A stretch of DNA of 32,000 nucleotides, taken from assembly GCA_000025185.1 (NCBI GenBank), contig CP001848.1:3060001-3092000 (forward strand). Reading direction: 5' to 3'. The stretch comes from Pirellula staleyi DSM 6068. Lineage in GTDB: Bacteria; Planctomycetota; Planctomycetia; Pirellulales; Pirellulaceae. Position numbers and translations under genes: made by a program. Under the pieces are notes generated by a model. The model saw nothing but the letters and a program-made list of their open reading frames with translations. It was not told the origin of the DNA and ran no database searches. Below, in pieces: positions 1 to 6,951 of the stretch (positions within the stretch are counted from its first letter, which is position 1; the number at the start of each line of letters is the position of its first letter).

Positions 1-990
1 ACCACCGACTGGATTCTCTCGCGACTCGACTGGGTCTCGCGCTGGGGGAGTCGGTTGATGCCGATCGCGAACTGGATTTTGCGAACTCGCTGGACCCGCT
101 GGCTAATGGAAAAAGCGACCGGAATTGCGCAGGGTCGAAAATTGCCGCGCCTCGCCTCGTCGAGCTTTTTGCGTCGCGCCGAGAAACGTCGACTCACTCG
201 TCCCACCCGTCGGGTCGGCACGAAAGTCCTCTACTTCGTCGACGTCTATGCCAACTATTACGACGTCAAACTGGCCGAGTCGTTTGTCAGCGTCCTCGAG
301 CACAACGGCATTGCCGTCTACGTCCCGGCCGAGCAGTTGCAGTCGGGGATGGCCAAGATTTCGCTCGGGGATGTCGAGCGCGCAAGGCCCTTGGTGGCGC
401 AGAACGTGGCGATGCTCGCCGATGCTGTGCGGCAAGGCTACACCATAGTCGCCACCGAACCATCGGCCGCCCTCTGCCTGACGCACGAGTACCCCACTTT
501 ACTCGACGACGACGACGCCAAACTGGTCGCCGCTAACACCAAAGAAGCGTGCCAGTACCTCTGGGAAATGCATGCCACGGGGCGACTCGAACTCGACTTC
601 AAGCCTCTGAACATCACCGTCGGACATCATGTGCCGTGTCATCAGCGCGCCTTAAGCGATAAAAGTTTTTCGCGGCTGCTGCTGGGGCTCCTCAAAGGAG
701 TGACCGTCAAGCCGATCGAGCGCGGCTGTAGTGGCATGGCCGGCACGTTTGGCCTGCGCCGCGATAACTACCGCACCAGTCTCCGCGCTGGATTCGGCCT
801 CATCGCCGCGCTCCGCGATCCATCGATCGAAGTCGGTGTGACCGAGTGCAGTTCGTGTAAAATGCAGATGGAACAGGGGACCACCAAGCCGACGATTCAC
901 CCGATTAAGTTGCTCGCCCTGGCGTACGGATTGCATCCCGAATTCGAGCAGCTGCTGACTTCGCGCAGCGAAGAGTTGGTGGTGACATGA
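1..990 (+). CDS. Fe-S oxidoreductase, C-terminal cysteine-rich (CCG-type, GlcF/GlpC/HdrD-like) portion; 5' end outside window
   Basis: Frame 1 is open from nt 1 with no stop before the first ATG at 55, so the ORF is 5'-truncated. The translation carries paired Cys motifs (..VGHHVPCHQRAL.., ..ERGCSGMAGTFG.., ..TECSSCKMQMEQGT..) like the duplicated CCG domains of GlcF/GlpC-type subunits. Its TGA overlaps the moaD ATG (ATGA at 987-990). Confidence 0.65.
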   Translation, partial: TTDWILSRLDWVSRWGSRLMPIANWILRTRWTRWLMEKATGIAQGRKLPRLASSSFLRRAEKRRLTRPTRRVGTKVLYFVDVYANYYDVKLAESFVSVLEHNGIAVYVPAEQLQSGMAKISLGDVERARPLVAQNVAMLADAVRQGYTIVATEPSAALCLTHEYPTLLDDDDAKLVAANTKEACQYLWEMHATGRLELDFKPLNITVGHHVPCHQRALSDKSFSRLLLGLLKGVTVKPIERGCSGMAGTFGLRRDNYRTSLRAGFGLIAALRDPSIEVGVTECSSCKMQMEQGTTKPTIHPIKLLALAYGLHPEFEQLLTSRSEELVVT

Positions 991-1247
991 GCCAGACAGC
1001 AGTCACCTATCGCATCAAACTGTTTGCCGCCGCCAAGCAGTTGGCAGGGCGCGGCGAGATTGAAATTGAACTTGCGCGTGGTGTAGCAGTGGGAACGCTT
1101 CGCGCGGCAATCGTAGCGCACTATCCCGAGCTGACTTCGCTCGTAAAAGCAGGCCGCATTGCCGCCGGCGCGAGCTATGTCGACGACTCCACGCTGCTCG
1201 ATCCGTCGGCCGAGCTGGCCCTCATTCCTCCGGTGAGTGGAGGGTAG
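987..1247 (+). CDS. moaD: Molybdopterin synthase sulfur-carrier subunit (MoaD/ThiS family)
   Basis: 86 aa, ubiquitin-like carrier size. It ends ..IPPVSGG, with the C-terminal Gly-Gly required for thiocarboxylation. It is immediately followed by moaE. Confidence 0.85.
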   Translation: MSQTAVTYRIKLFAAAKQLAGRGEIEIELARGVAVGTLRAAIVAHYPELTSLVKAGRIAAGASYVDDSTLLDPSAELALIPPVSGG

Positions 1248-1253
1248 CAAGCC

Positions 1254-1685
1254 ATGATCGAAATCACACAGAGCCCCATCGATAGCGCCCAGGTACTCGC
1301 TGCCGTACAGTCGACCGCTGCCGGCGCCGCTGTTCTTTTTTTAGGAACAACCCGCGAGTTCACCCACGGAAAACAAACGGTGCGGTTGGCCTACGAGGCG
1401 TACGAGCCGATGGCCCTCGCGGAGCTGAAGAAACTTGCCGAAAAAGCATCGTCGCAGTGGCAGCTCACCGCCGTGGCCATCGTCCATCGCGTGGGAGAAG
1501 TGGGCCTCGGAGAAGCGAGTGTCGCCATCGCCGTCAGCTCGCCGCATCGCGACGCCGCCTTCGCCGCCGGAAAATGGATCATTGACACGCTGAAGCAAGA
1601 TGTGCCAATCTGGAAGCAGGAACATTGGTCCGATGGAACGACAGAATGGCAACATCCAGGAGCCTCTGACGGCAGCCGATCATGA
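1254..1685 (+). CDS. moaE: Molybdopterin synthase catalytic (large) subunit
   Basis: 143 aa. ..VAIAVSSPHRDAAFAAGKWIIDTLKQDVPIWKQE.. fits the MoaE pattern. GGAGGG (1238-1243) lies 10 nt upstream of the ATG. The stop overlaps the moaA start (ATGA 1682-1685). Confidence 0.9.
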   Translation: MIEITQSPIDSAQVLAAVQSTAAGAAVLFLGTTREFTHGKQTVRLAYEAYEPMALAELKKLAEKASSQWQLTAVAIVHRVGEVGLGEASVAIAVSSPHRDAAFAAGKWIIDTLKQDVPIWKQEHWSDGTTEWQHPGASDGSRS

Positions 1686-2683
1686 ACGATCACGAGCCGC
1701 TGGTCGATGCGTTTGGTCGCGTGCATACCAGCTTGCGAATTAGTGTGACCGATCGCTGCAACATCCGCTGCTTCTACTGCATGCCGGATACCGCTCTTCG
1801 TTTTCTCCCTCGCAGCGAAATCCTGACGTTTGAAGAGATCGAGCGTCTGGTCCGCATTCTGGCCCCGCTGGGAGTGAGCAAACTCCGGCTCACCGGTGGC
1901 GAGCCGCTGCTGCGGGCCGATCTGGCGGGGCTCGTGCGCCGACTCAGCGCGATCGAGGGGGTCGCGGAAGTGGCGATGACCACCAACGGCATCTTGCTCG
2001 CCGAGCAAGCAGCCGCGCTCAAAGCTGCAGGACTTTCGCGGCTCAATATCAGCCTCGATGCGATGACCGAAGCGGTGTTTCAAAAGATTTCGCGACGTGC
2101 GGGGCTCGACCGGGTGATCGCCGGGATCGAGAAGGCCCGCGAAGTTGGCTTTGAAAACATCCGGCTCAACACGGTTGCTATCGCCGGGATTACCGAGCCC
2201 GAGATCGTTCCGCTGGTGAGCTTCGCGCGCGAGCGCCAGATGCAGCTCCGCTTTATCGAGTTCATGCCGCTCGATGGCGAGGAGCAGTGGAATAGCGAGC
2301 AGGTGCTGACCGGGGAAGAGATTCGCCGCACAATCACCGCCGCACTGGGGCCGCTTGAGCCAGCGGCACGCGGCGATGCGAGCCAACCGGCGATGGACTA
2401 TCGCTTCACCGATGGGACGGGCTCTGTGGGGTTCATCAATCCGGTTTCGCACCCCTTTTGTGGCGATTGCAATCGGCTCCGCGTGACCGCTGAAGGGAAG
2501 TTTCGCAACTGCCTCTTCTCGATGGTGGAGTGGGACGTGCGCGAGCTGCTCCGCTCGGGAGCTGCCGACCAGGAGATCGCGGCGCGTGTGCGAGACTGTG
2601 TCGCCGCGAAGAAGCCAGGGCATGGAATCGACGATCCCGATTTTCTTCGTCCTGCCCGCGCGATGTATCAAATTGGTGGATAG
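1682..2683 (+). CDS. moaA: GTP 3',8-cyclase (radical SAM Moco biosynthesis protein A)
   Basis: 333 aa. N-terminal radical-SAM motif CNIRCFYC (CxxxCxxC). GGEPLLR SAM-binding stretch. C-terminal auxiliary-cluster cysteines ..HPFCGDCNRLRVTAEGKFRNC... Confidence 0.95.
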   Translation: MNDHEPLVDAFGRVHTSLRISVTDRCNIRCFYCMPDTALRFLPRSEILTFEEIERLVRILAPLGVSKLRLTGGEPLLRADLAGLVRRLSAIEGVAEVAMTTNGILLAEQAAALKAAGLSRLNISLDAMTEAVFQKISRRAGLDRVIAGIEKAREVGFENIRLNTVAIAGITEPEIVPLVSFARERQMQLRFIEFMPLDGEEQWNSEQVLTGEEIRRTITAALGPLEPAARGDASQPAMDYRFTDGTGSVGFINPVSHPFCGDCNRLRVTAEGKFRNCLFSMVEWDVRELLRSGAADQEIAARVRDCVAAKKPGHGIDDPDFLRPARAMYQIGG

Positions 2684-2752
2684 TTGCTGAGGTCGTTCTC
2701 TTGAATCGCTACGCCCATCGCGCAAGCTGTCACGAATCTGCGGGGTAAGCCA

Positions 2753-3229
2753 GTGAAACCGAGTCCCGAAGATCTCGAAAGTCGTGTGCAGCAGCTCGAG
2801 CAAGAGGTCGCCTCGCTACGGCGCGGTGGGCGTCGACGCAAGCGAACGGTCCGGTATCGATCGGCGGCCCATATCCTGGGGTGTCCGCTCCTGTGCATCG
2901 CGACAGGACCTTGTCCCGAGCTAGGCGAATCGGTTGGGCACGCGCGTGGGGTGCTCGCGATTGGCGATGTCGCCACGGGAGTGATCGCCATTGGCGGAAT
3001 CGCTCGTGGTGGTCTCGCCATTGGCGGTGTTTCGGTGGGACTCTTCTCGCTCGGTGGCGTTGCGGTTGGACTTTTGGCCGGAGCGGGTGGGGTTGCCACG
3101 GGACTTGTCGCCGCAGGAGGCCTGGCCATCGGTGGACTTGTAGCCGGGGGAGCTGCTGTCGGTTGGTGGCCCGTGGGGGGCGGCGTGCTGCGGATTCCCG
3201 ATCTCCTCGAAACATTCCTCGGACGTTGA
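2753..3229 (+). CDS. Small hypothetical protein with eight tandem Gly-rich hydrophobic decapeptide repeats (putative membrane protein)
   Basis: 158 aa, co-directional with flanking genes. It has a charged helical N-terminus and a CPLLC..GPCP segment. These are followed by GVLAIGDVAT/GVIAIGGIAR/GGLAIGGVSV/GLFSLGGVAV.. repeats (nt 2948-3190). The opposite strand is also open (Pro/Ala/Thr-rich mirror ORFs), so the strand call is provisional. Confidence 0.5.
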   Translation: MKPSPEDLESRVQQLEQEVASLRRGGRRRKRTVRYRSAAHILGCPLLCIATGPCPELGESVGHARGVLAIGDVATGVIAIGGIARGGLAIGGVSVGLFSLGGVAVGLLAGAGGVATGLVAAGGLAIGGLVAGGAAVGWWPVGGGVLRIPDLLETFLGR

Positions 3230-3272
3230 CCCCCGTTTCGTTTTTCTCCTCGATCGCATCCTTTCGGAACCT

Positions 3273-4445
3273 GTGATGACAAGCTCGCCGGAGCGAATTT
3301 ATCTCGACAACGCCGCCACCAGCTGGCCCAAGCCAGAAGCGGTGTACCAGGCGGTCGATCGCTATCAGCGGAGCTGCGGCGCTAGTAGTGGTCGCGGCGT
3401 CTACAGCCACGCGATCGAGTCGCAGCAGCTAGTCGATCAGTGTCGCCGCTCGCTCGCTACGCTGCTGGGGGCCAGTGATCCAGCGCGGGTCATCTTCACC
3501 TCCAGCGGTACCGACGCTCTCAATCTCGCGATCCAAGGGATCCTCGCGCCAGGGGATCATGTGATTGCCAGCGACGCCGATCACAACTCGGTGCTGCGTC
3601 CCCTGCGGATGCTCGAAGGACGCGGGCTAGCGCTCTCGATCATTCCCCTGGCAGATGGTCGAATCGATCTTGAAAAACTCGAGCGCTCGGTTCGACCCAG
3701 CACGAAGCTCGTGTGCGTTAACCATGCCTCGAACGTGACGGGATTGGTGCAGCCTCTCTCGGAAATTGCTGCCATTTGCCAGCGGACCGGCGCGCTCTTG
3801 CTGGTCGATGCAGCGCAGTCGCTTGGGCATCTGCCGATCGATGTAGCGGCACTCGGCTGCGATCTTTTGGCGAGTCCCGGACACAAAGGTTTGTGGGGAC
3901 CGCTGGGGACCGGACTCTTGTACGTGGGGGATCGCGTGAGCGAGCTGCTTCGTCCGCTCCGTTATGGGGGAACCGGCAGCCGAAGTGTCGAAGAGACGAT
4001 GCCGACCGAGCTCCCCGATCGACTCGAGGCGGGGAATCTCAACCTGCCAGGCATTGCGGGGCTCGGGGCTGGAGTGCGCGAGGTGCTGCAGGTCGGCGTG
4101 GCAGCGATTGCAAAGCAGGAACAGCAGCTTCGCGCGGAACTGATCGCGGGACTCAGCAGCATCGCCGGGGTTCAGCTTTACGGCGCTCATCCCGGCGCAG
4201 CGGCTGTGGGTGTCGTGAGCCTGAACGTCGAGGGGATCGACCCGCTCGAGCTGGCGTCGCTGCTGGATGCCAATTTCGGGATGCAAGTCCGGGCGGGGCT
4301 CCACTGCGCTCCGCGCATGCATCTTTCCCTCGGCACAGCTCCCACGGGAACAGTGCGGCTGAGCGTGAGCCATTTCACCACCAGCAGCCAGGTGGCGAGC
4401 GCCGTCGAAGCGATTCGAAGCATCGCCGAAGCGATGGCCGGTTAA
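3273..4445 (+). CDS. Cysteine desulfurase family / class-V aminotransferase (PLP-dependent)
   Basis: 390 aa. N-terminal IYLDNAATSWP. PLP-lysine region SPGHKGLWGPLGTG. C-terminal active-site-like loop VRAGLHCAP. Confidence 0.85.
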   Translation: MMTSSPERIYLDNAATSWPKPEAVYQAVDRYQRSCGASSGRGVYSHAIESQQLVDQCRRSLATLLGASDPARVIFTSSGTDALNLAIQGILAPGDHVIASDADHNSVLRPLRMLEGRGLALSIIPLADGRIDLEKLERSVRPSTKLVCVNHASNVTGLVQPLSEIAAICQRTGALLLVDAAQSLGHLPIDVAALGCDLLASPGHKGLWGPLGTGLLYVGDRVSELLRPLRYGGTGSRSVEETMPTELPDRLEAGNLNLPGIAGLGAGVREVLQVGVAAIAKQEQQLRAELIAGLSSIAGVQLYGAHPGAAAVGVVSLNVEGIDPLELASLLDANFGMQVRAGLHCAPRMHLSLGTAPTGTVRLSVSHFTTSSQVASAVEAIRSIAEAMAG

Positions 4446-4550
4446 GCGCTGGGGCCAACGCTGGCAACGAATGTCACGAAAATGTTGTTCGCGCACACCG
4501 GTCCCGATACGATAGAGCGTATCGCAACCGGGCAGAGCAAGGAGCGGCCA

Positions 4551-5885
4551 ATGTTTTCTCTCTCCACGAACCTATTTCGCGCCATCATTCTCGGCGCTAT
4601 GGCGCTAGCGCTCTTCGCCTCGAAGGGAGCTGCGCAGAAGCCCGCTGCTTTCGATCTGGAACGGGAGATCGCCAAGCTGCTCGAAGTGGGGTGGGGAACT
4701 TCGGTCAGCAGCAAAACAGCGGCTGACGAGCAGTACACCAAAATCGTGGCGAGTGGTGGTGGCGATTTGCGTGGGACCGAAGCGATGCTGCTCGTCGCGA
4801 TCCAGCAGCGGCGCTACGATGTCGCGCAAAAGCAGGCCGACGCGCTGCTGGCTGCCACCAAGCACGATCGCACTGCATCGCGCGCCAAGATTTGGCTCAC
4901 CGCGCTTCTGAAAAACTATCCCGCGTCGATGCTCGCTTCGGAACAGCTGTGCGACGACGTTGTGAAATCGCTGGCCGATATCAAAGAAGGCTCGTCGGCT
5001 GAACTCGTCGATCAAGAGTCGGCCAAGGCAAGCGAAATCGTCGCCTTTCTCGGGCGAATGTACGGTTTTTTCGGTGGACCAGGACAAGCCACCATCAATC
5101 AAACGCAGCGTAAAACGTCGGAACAAAAAATCATGGACAAGTTGCCTGAAGAGCTTGCCAGTGTGTTTGCGACCGCCCGCGATGGTGTGCTGCAAAAGCA
5201 TTTGGAGATGACCGACGAGAAGCTCGAAGAGGGGGATAAGGCCCGCGCTCAGCAGCAGGAGATGAAGGATCAATCGCTTGAGCAAATCGAGCGAGATCGA
5301 CAACTGGTGGCCGAGCGCGTGCAGGCGATGCGAGCCCGTCGCGATGAGCTGAGCCGCGAACTGCGCGAAACACTCGCTTCGATCGCGCAGGAAGATGTGC
5401 CCCTCGCCGCGCAGGTGTCGCGGCTCGAATCGAGCGCGGCGCTGCTGAGCCGCGATATCAGCCGCTATCAGATCGATATCGATCGTCTCGAGTTGCTCCT
5501 CGCGCGCGAGCGCGATCCGCTGATTCGACAGGCCCTTCGGCGCGATATCGATCGGCTCGCGTTTCAGCAGTCGCGGCTCGATAACGAGTATCGTTTGCTC
5601 GATCGCGAGGCAGCTTCGATCAACGCCCAGCGAAGTGTACTTTTGCAGCGCAGCCGCGAAGTGCAAAGCTCGTTTGGCGGGCAGATCACCAGCATCGACA
5701 AGGACCTCGCAGCCGCCGCTAAGCAGGAGAAAAAGGCCGACGTGATGGAGCGCGAAGCGCGGAAACCGGCCAGCAGCACGACGAAGCGAACCCTCGCTCT
5801 GGGCGCGACAGCCGCCGCCCTTTCAACCTACGAAACATTTCCGCTCGAAGAGGCCAAAGCCAATCTGCTCGAGCGTTTGAAATAG
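4551..5885 (+). CDS. Secreted/periplasmic hypothetical protein, helical N-domain plus long coiled-coil
   Basis: The ATG at 4551 is preceded by AAGGAG (4538-4543). The signal-like N-terminus is MFSLSTNLFRAIILGAMALALFASKGAAQ. The C-terminal half is heptad-like and charged (..RDELSRELRETLASIAQ..RLELLLARERD..). The track ORF starts further upstream at 4482, but that extension lacks signal or RBS support. Confidence 0.6.
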   Translation: MFSLSTNLFRAIILGAMALALFASKGAAQKPAAFDLEREIAKLLEVGWGTSVSSKTAADEQYTKIVASGGGDLRGTEAMLLVAIQQRRYDVAQKQADALLAATKHDRTASRAKIWLTALLKNYPASMLASEQLCDDVVKSLADIKEGSSAELVDQESAKASEIVAFLGRMYGFFGGPGQATINQTQRKTSEQKIMDKLPEELASVFATARDGVLQKHLEMTDEKLEEGDKARAQQQEMKDQSLEQIERDRQLVAERVQAMRARRDELSRELRETLASIAQEDVPLAAQVSRLESSAALLSRDISRYQIDIDRLELLLARERDPLIRQALRRDIDRLAFQQSRLDNEYRLLDREAASINAQRSVLLQRSREVQSSFGGQITSIDKDLAAAAKQEKKADVMEREARKPASSTTKRTLALGATAAALSTYETFPLEEAKANLLERLK

Positions 5886-6023
5886 TCCGGGCCTCGCGGG
5901 ACCGATTCGACTTGCCTGCGCAACGCGGATGCTCTACAAACAGGTGGTCAGGGGCTCGGAAAGCGGTCGGTAATCTCATCTCTCGGCTGACGCGCTTTCC
6001 AATCGCAGGCAAAGGATCGTCCG

Positions 6024-6821
6024 ATGCGTTTTCTCGTCCCTTCGTGCGCACTCGTCGCACTCTTCTCGCTCGGTCTCTGGACCAGCATCGCTCCTGCTCG
6101 AGAGAAGTCTCCCGCTGAATCGCTCGCTGCTGTGCCGCTCTTCACCGCGATCGAGGCCGAGCAAATCGAAGCGAAGGTGATTCCTCGCGACAGCACTCAC
6201 GCCACCATTCAGCTGAAAAATCTGTCGAAAGAGCCGCTGGTGGTCTCGATTCCTCCGCATCTGCTGGCGGCACCCGTGCTCGCCCAGTTCCAGTTTCCGG
6301 GAGGAAACAACAACGGCAACGTGTTTGGAAATCCGCAGAATCAGGGCGCCAATCAGGCCCCACAGCAGCTCGGCCTCGGGATCGGGAACGGCGCGAATAA
6401 TTTCCAAGGTCAGAACAATAACAACAACTTCCAAAATGGTGGACTGTTCCGCATTCCGGAAGGAAAAGTAGTCCGCATTCGGATCGAAGCGGTCTGTCTC
6501 GATCACGGTAATCCCGATCCTAGCCCGCACCATAAATACGAGCTGAGGCCGATTGCCGAGCGAAGCGACGACGAGATTTTGCTCGCCGCTTTGATGAGCC
6601 TCGGCGACAAGTCGATCTCGCAGCGCGTCGCCCAAGCGGTTGCCTGGCATCAGGTGAACGACAAAACGTGGGACGAGCTTTCGAAGATGTCGCGCCCCAT
6701 CCTGGGCGGGCCCGCCAAGCGGCTCTTCACGACCGCCGAAATCGATGCCGCACGCCTGTTTGTGCAGCAGTTCGACAAAGCGACCCTGGCGGGCAAAGTC
6801 TCTGCGTCCACCCAGCAATAG
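6024..6821 (+). CDS. Secreted hypothetical protein; conserved-looking domain interrupted by an N/Q/G-rich low-complexity insert
   Basis: AAAGGA lies 8 nt upstream of the ATG. Signal peptide MRFLVPSCALVALFSLGLWTSIAPA. Low-complexity stretch GGNNNGNVFGNPQNQGANQAPQQLGLGIGNGANNFQGQNNNNNFQNGG (nt 6300-6443). It is followed by ..IPEGKVVRIRIEAVCLDHGNPDPSP... Confidence 0.6.
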   Translation: MRFLVPSCALVALFSLGLWTSIAPAREKSPAESLAAVPLFTAIEAEQIEAKVIPRDSTHATIQLKNLSKEPLVVSIPPHLLAAPVLAQFQFPGGNNNGNVFGNPQNQGANQAPQQLGLGIGNGANNFQGQNNNNNFQNGGLFRIPEGKVVRIRIEAVCLDHGNPDPSPHHKYELRPIAERSDDEILLAALMSLGDKSISQRVAQAVAWHQVNDKTWDELSKMSRPILGGPAKRLFTTAEIDAARLFVQQFDKATLAGKVSASTQQ

Positions 6822-6856
6822 GGGTGGCTCTATCGCATTCACCCTCGCGAGCGACT

Positions 6857-6945
6857 AAACTCCGCAAAGCCGAAGGTCCCTGAAAACGTTCGGCTGGCGG
6901 TTCTCGCCGCATGGTGAAGGGCTTTCCGTTCCTCTCGCGGAGTTT
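6857..6945 (+). promoter_or_regulatory. Structured leader/attenuator-like element upstream of the FG-GAP gene
   Basis: A 9-bp long-range helix pairs AAACTCCGC (6857-6865) with GCGGAGTTT (6937-6945). It encloses nested stems: AGCCGAA/TTCGGCT (6868-6874/6889-6895) and GGCG/CGCC (6896-6899/6905-6908). The 3' arm contains the only SD-like GGAG (6939-6942). It is followed by TTTTGTTTT and the ATG at 6952. Confidence 0.3.
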
Positions 6946-6951
6946 TGTTTT

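Noticed and set aside
2684-2752. Possible Moco riboswitch associated with the moa genes
   Set aside because: moaD and moaA start by overlapping the preceding genes, so there is no leader. The only spacers (1248-1253 and 2684-2752) are too short or lack the conserved Moco-RNA features I know.
1391-2803. 470-aa minus-strand ORF opposite moaE/moaA
   Set aside because: Same mirror-ORF artefact. The + strand encodes textbook MoaE and radical-SAM MoaA.
4505-6000. Leader hairpins CGATACG-atagag-CGTATCG (4505-4524) and GGAAAGCG..CGCTTTCC (5958-6000) upstream of the first two secreted-protein genes
   Set aside because: Stems of 7-8 bp in 100-140-nt spacers are close to chance expectation. They have no U-tract and do not overlap an SD. 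I noted them only as context for the stronger 6857-6945 element.
6300-6443. Idea that the NVFG/NNFQ/GGLF-containing insert is an FG-nucleoporin-like segment
   Set aside because: There are only three or four F-containing dipeptides in 48 residues, and the protein has a classical secretion signal. The analogy is not supportable from sequence.
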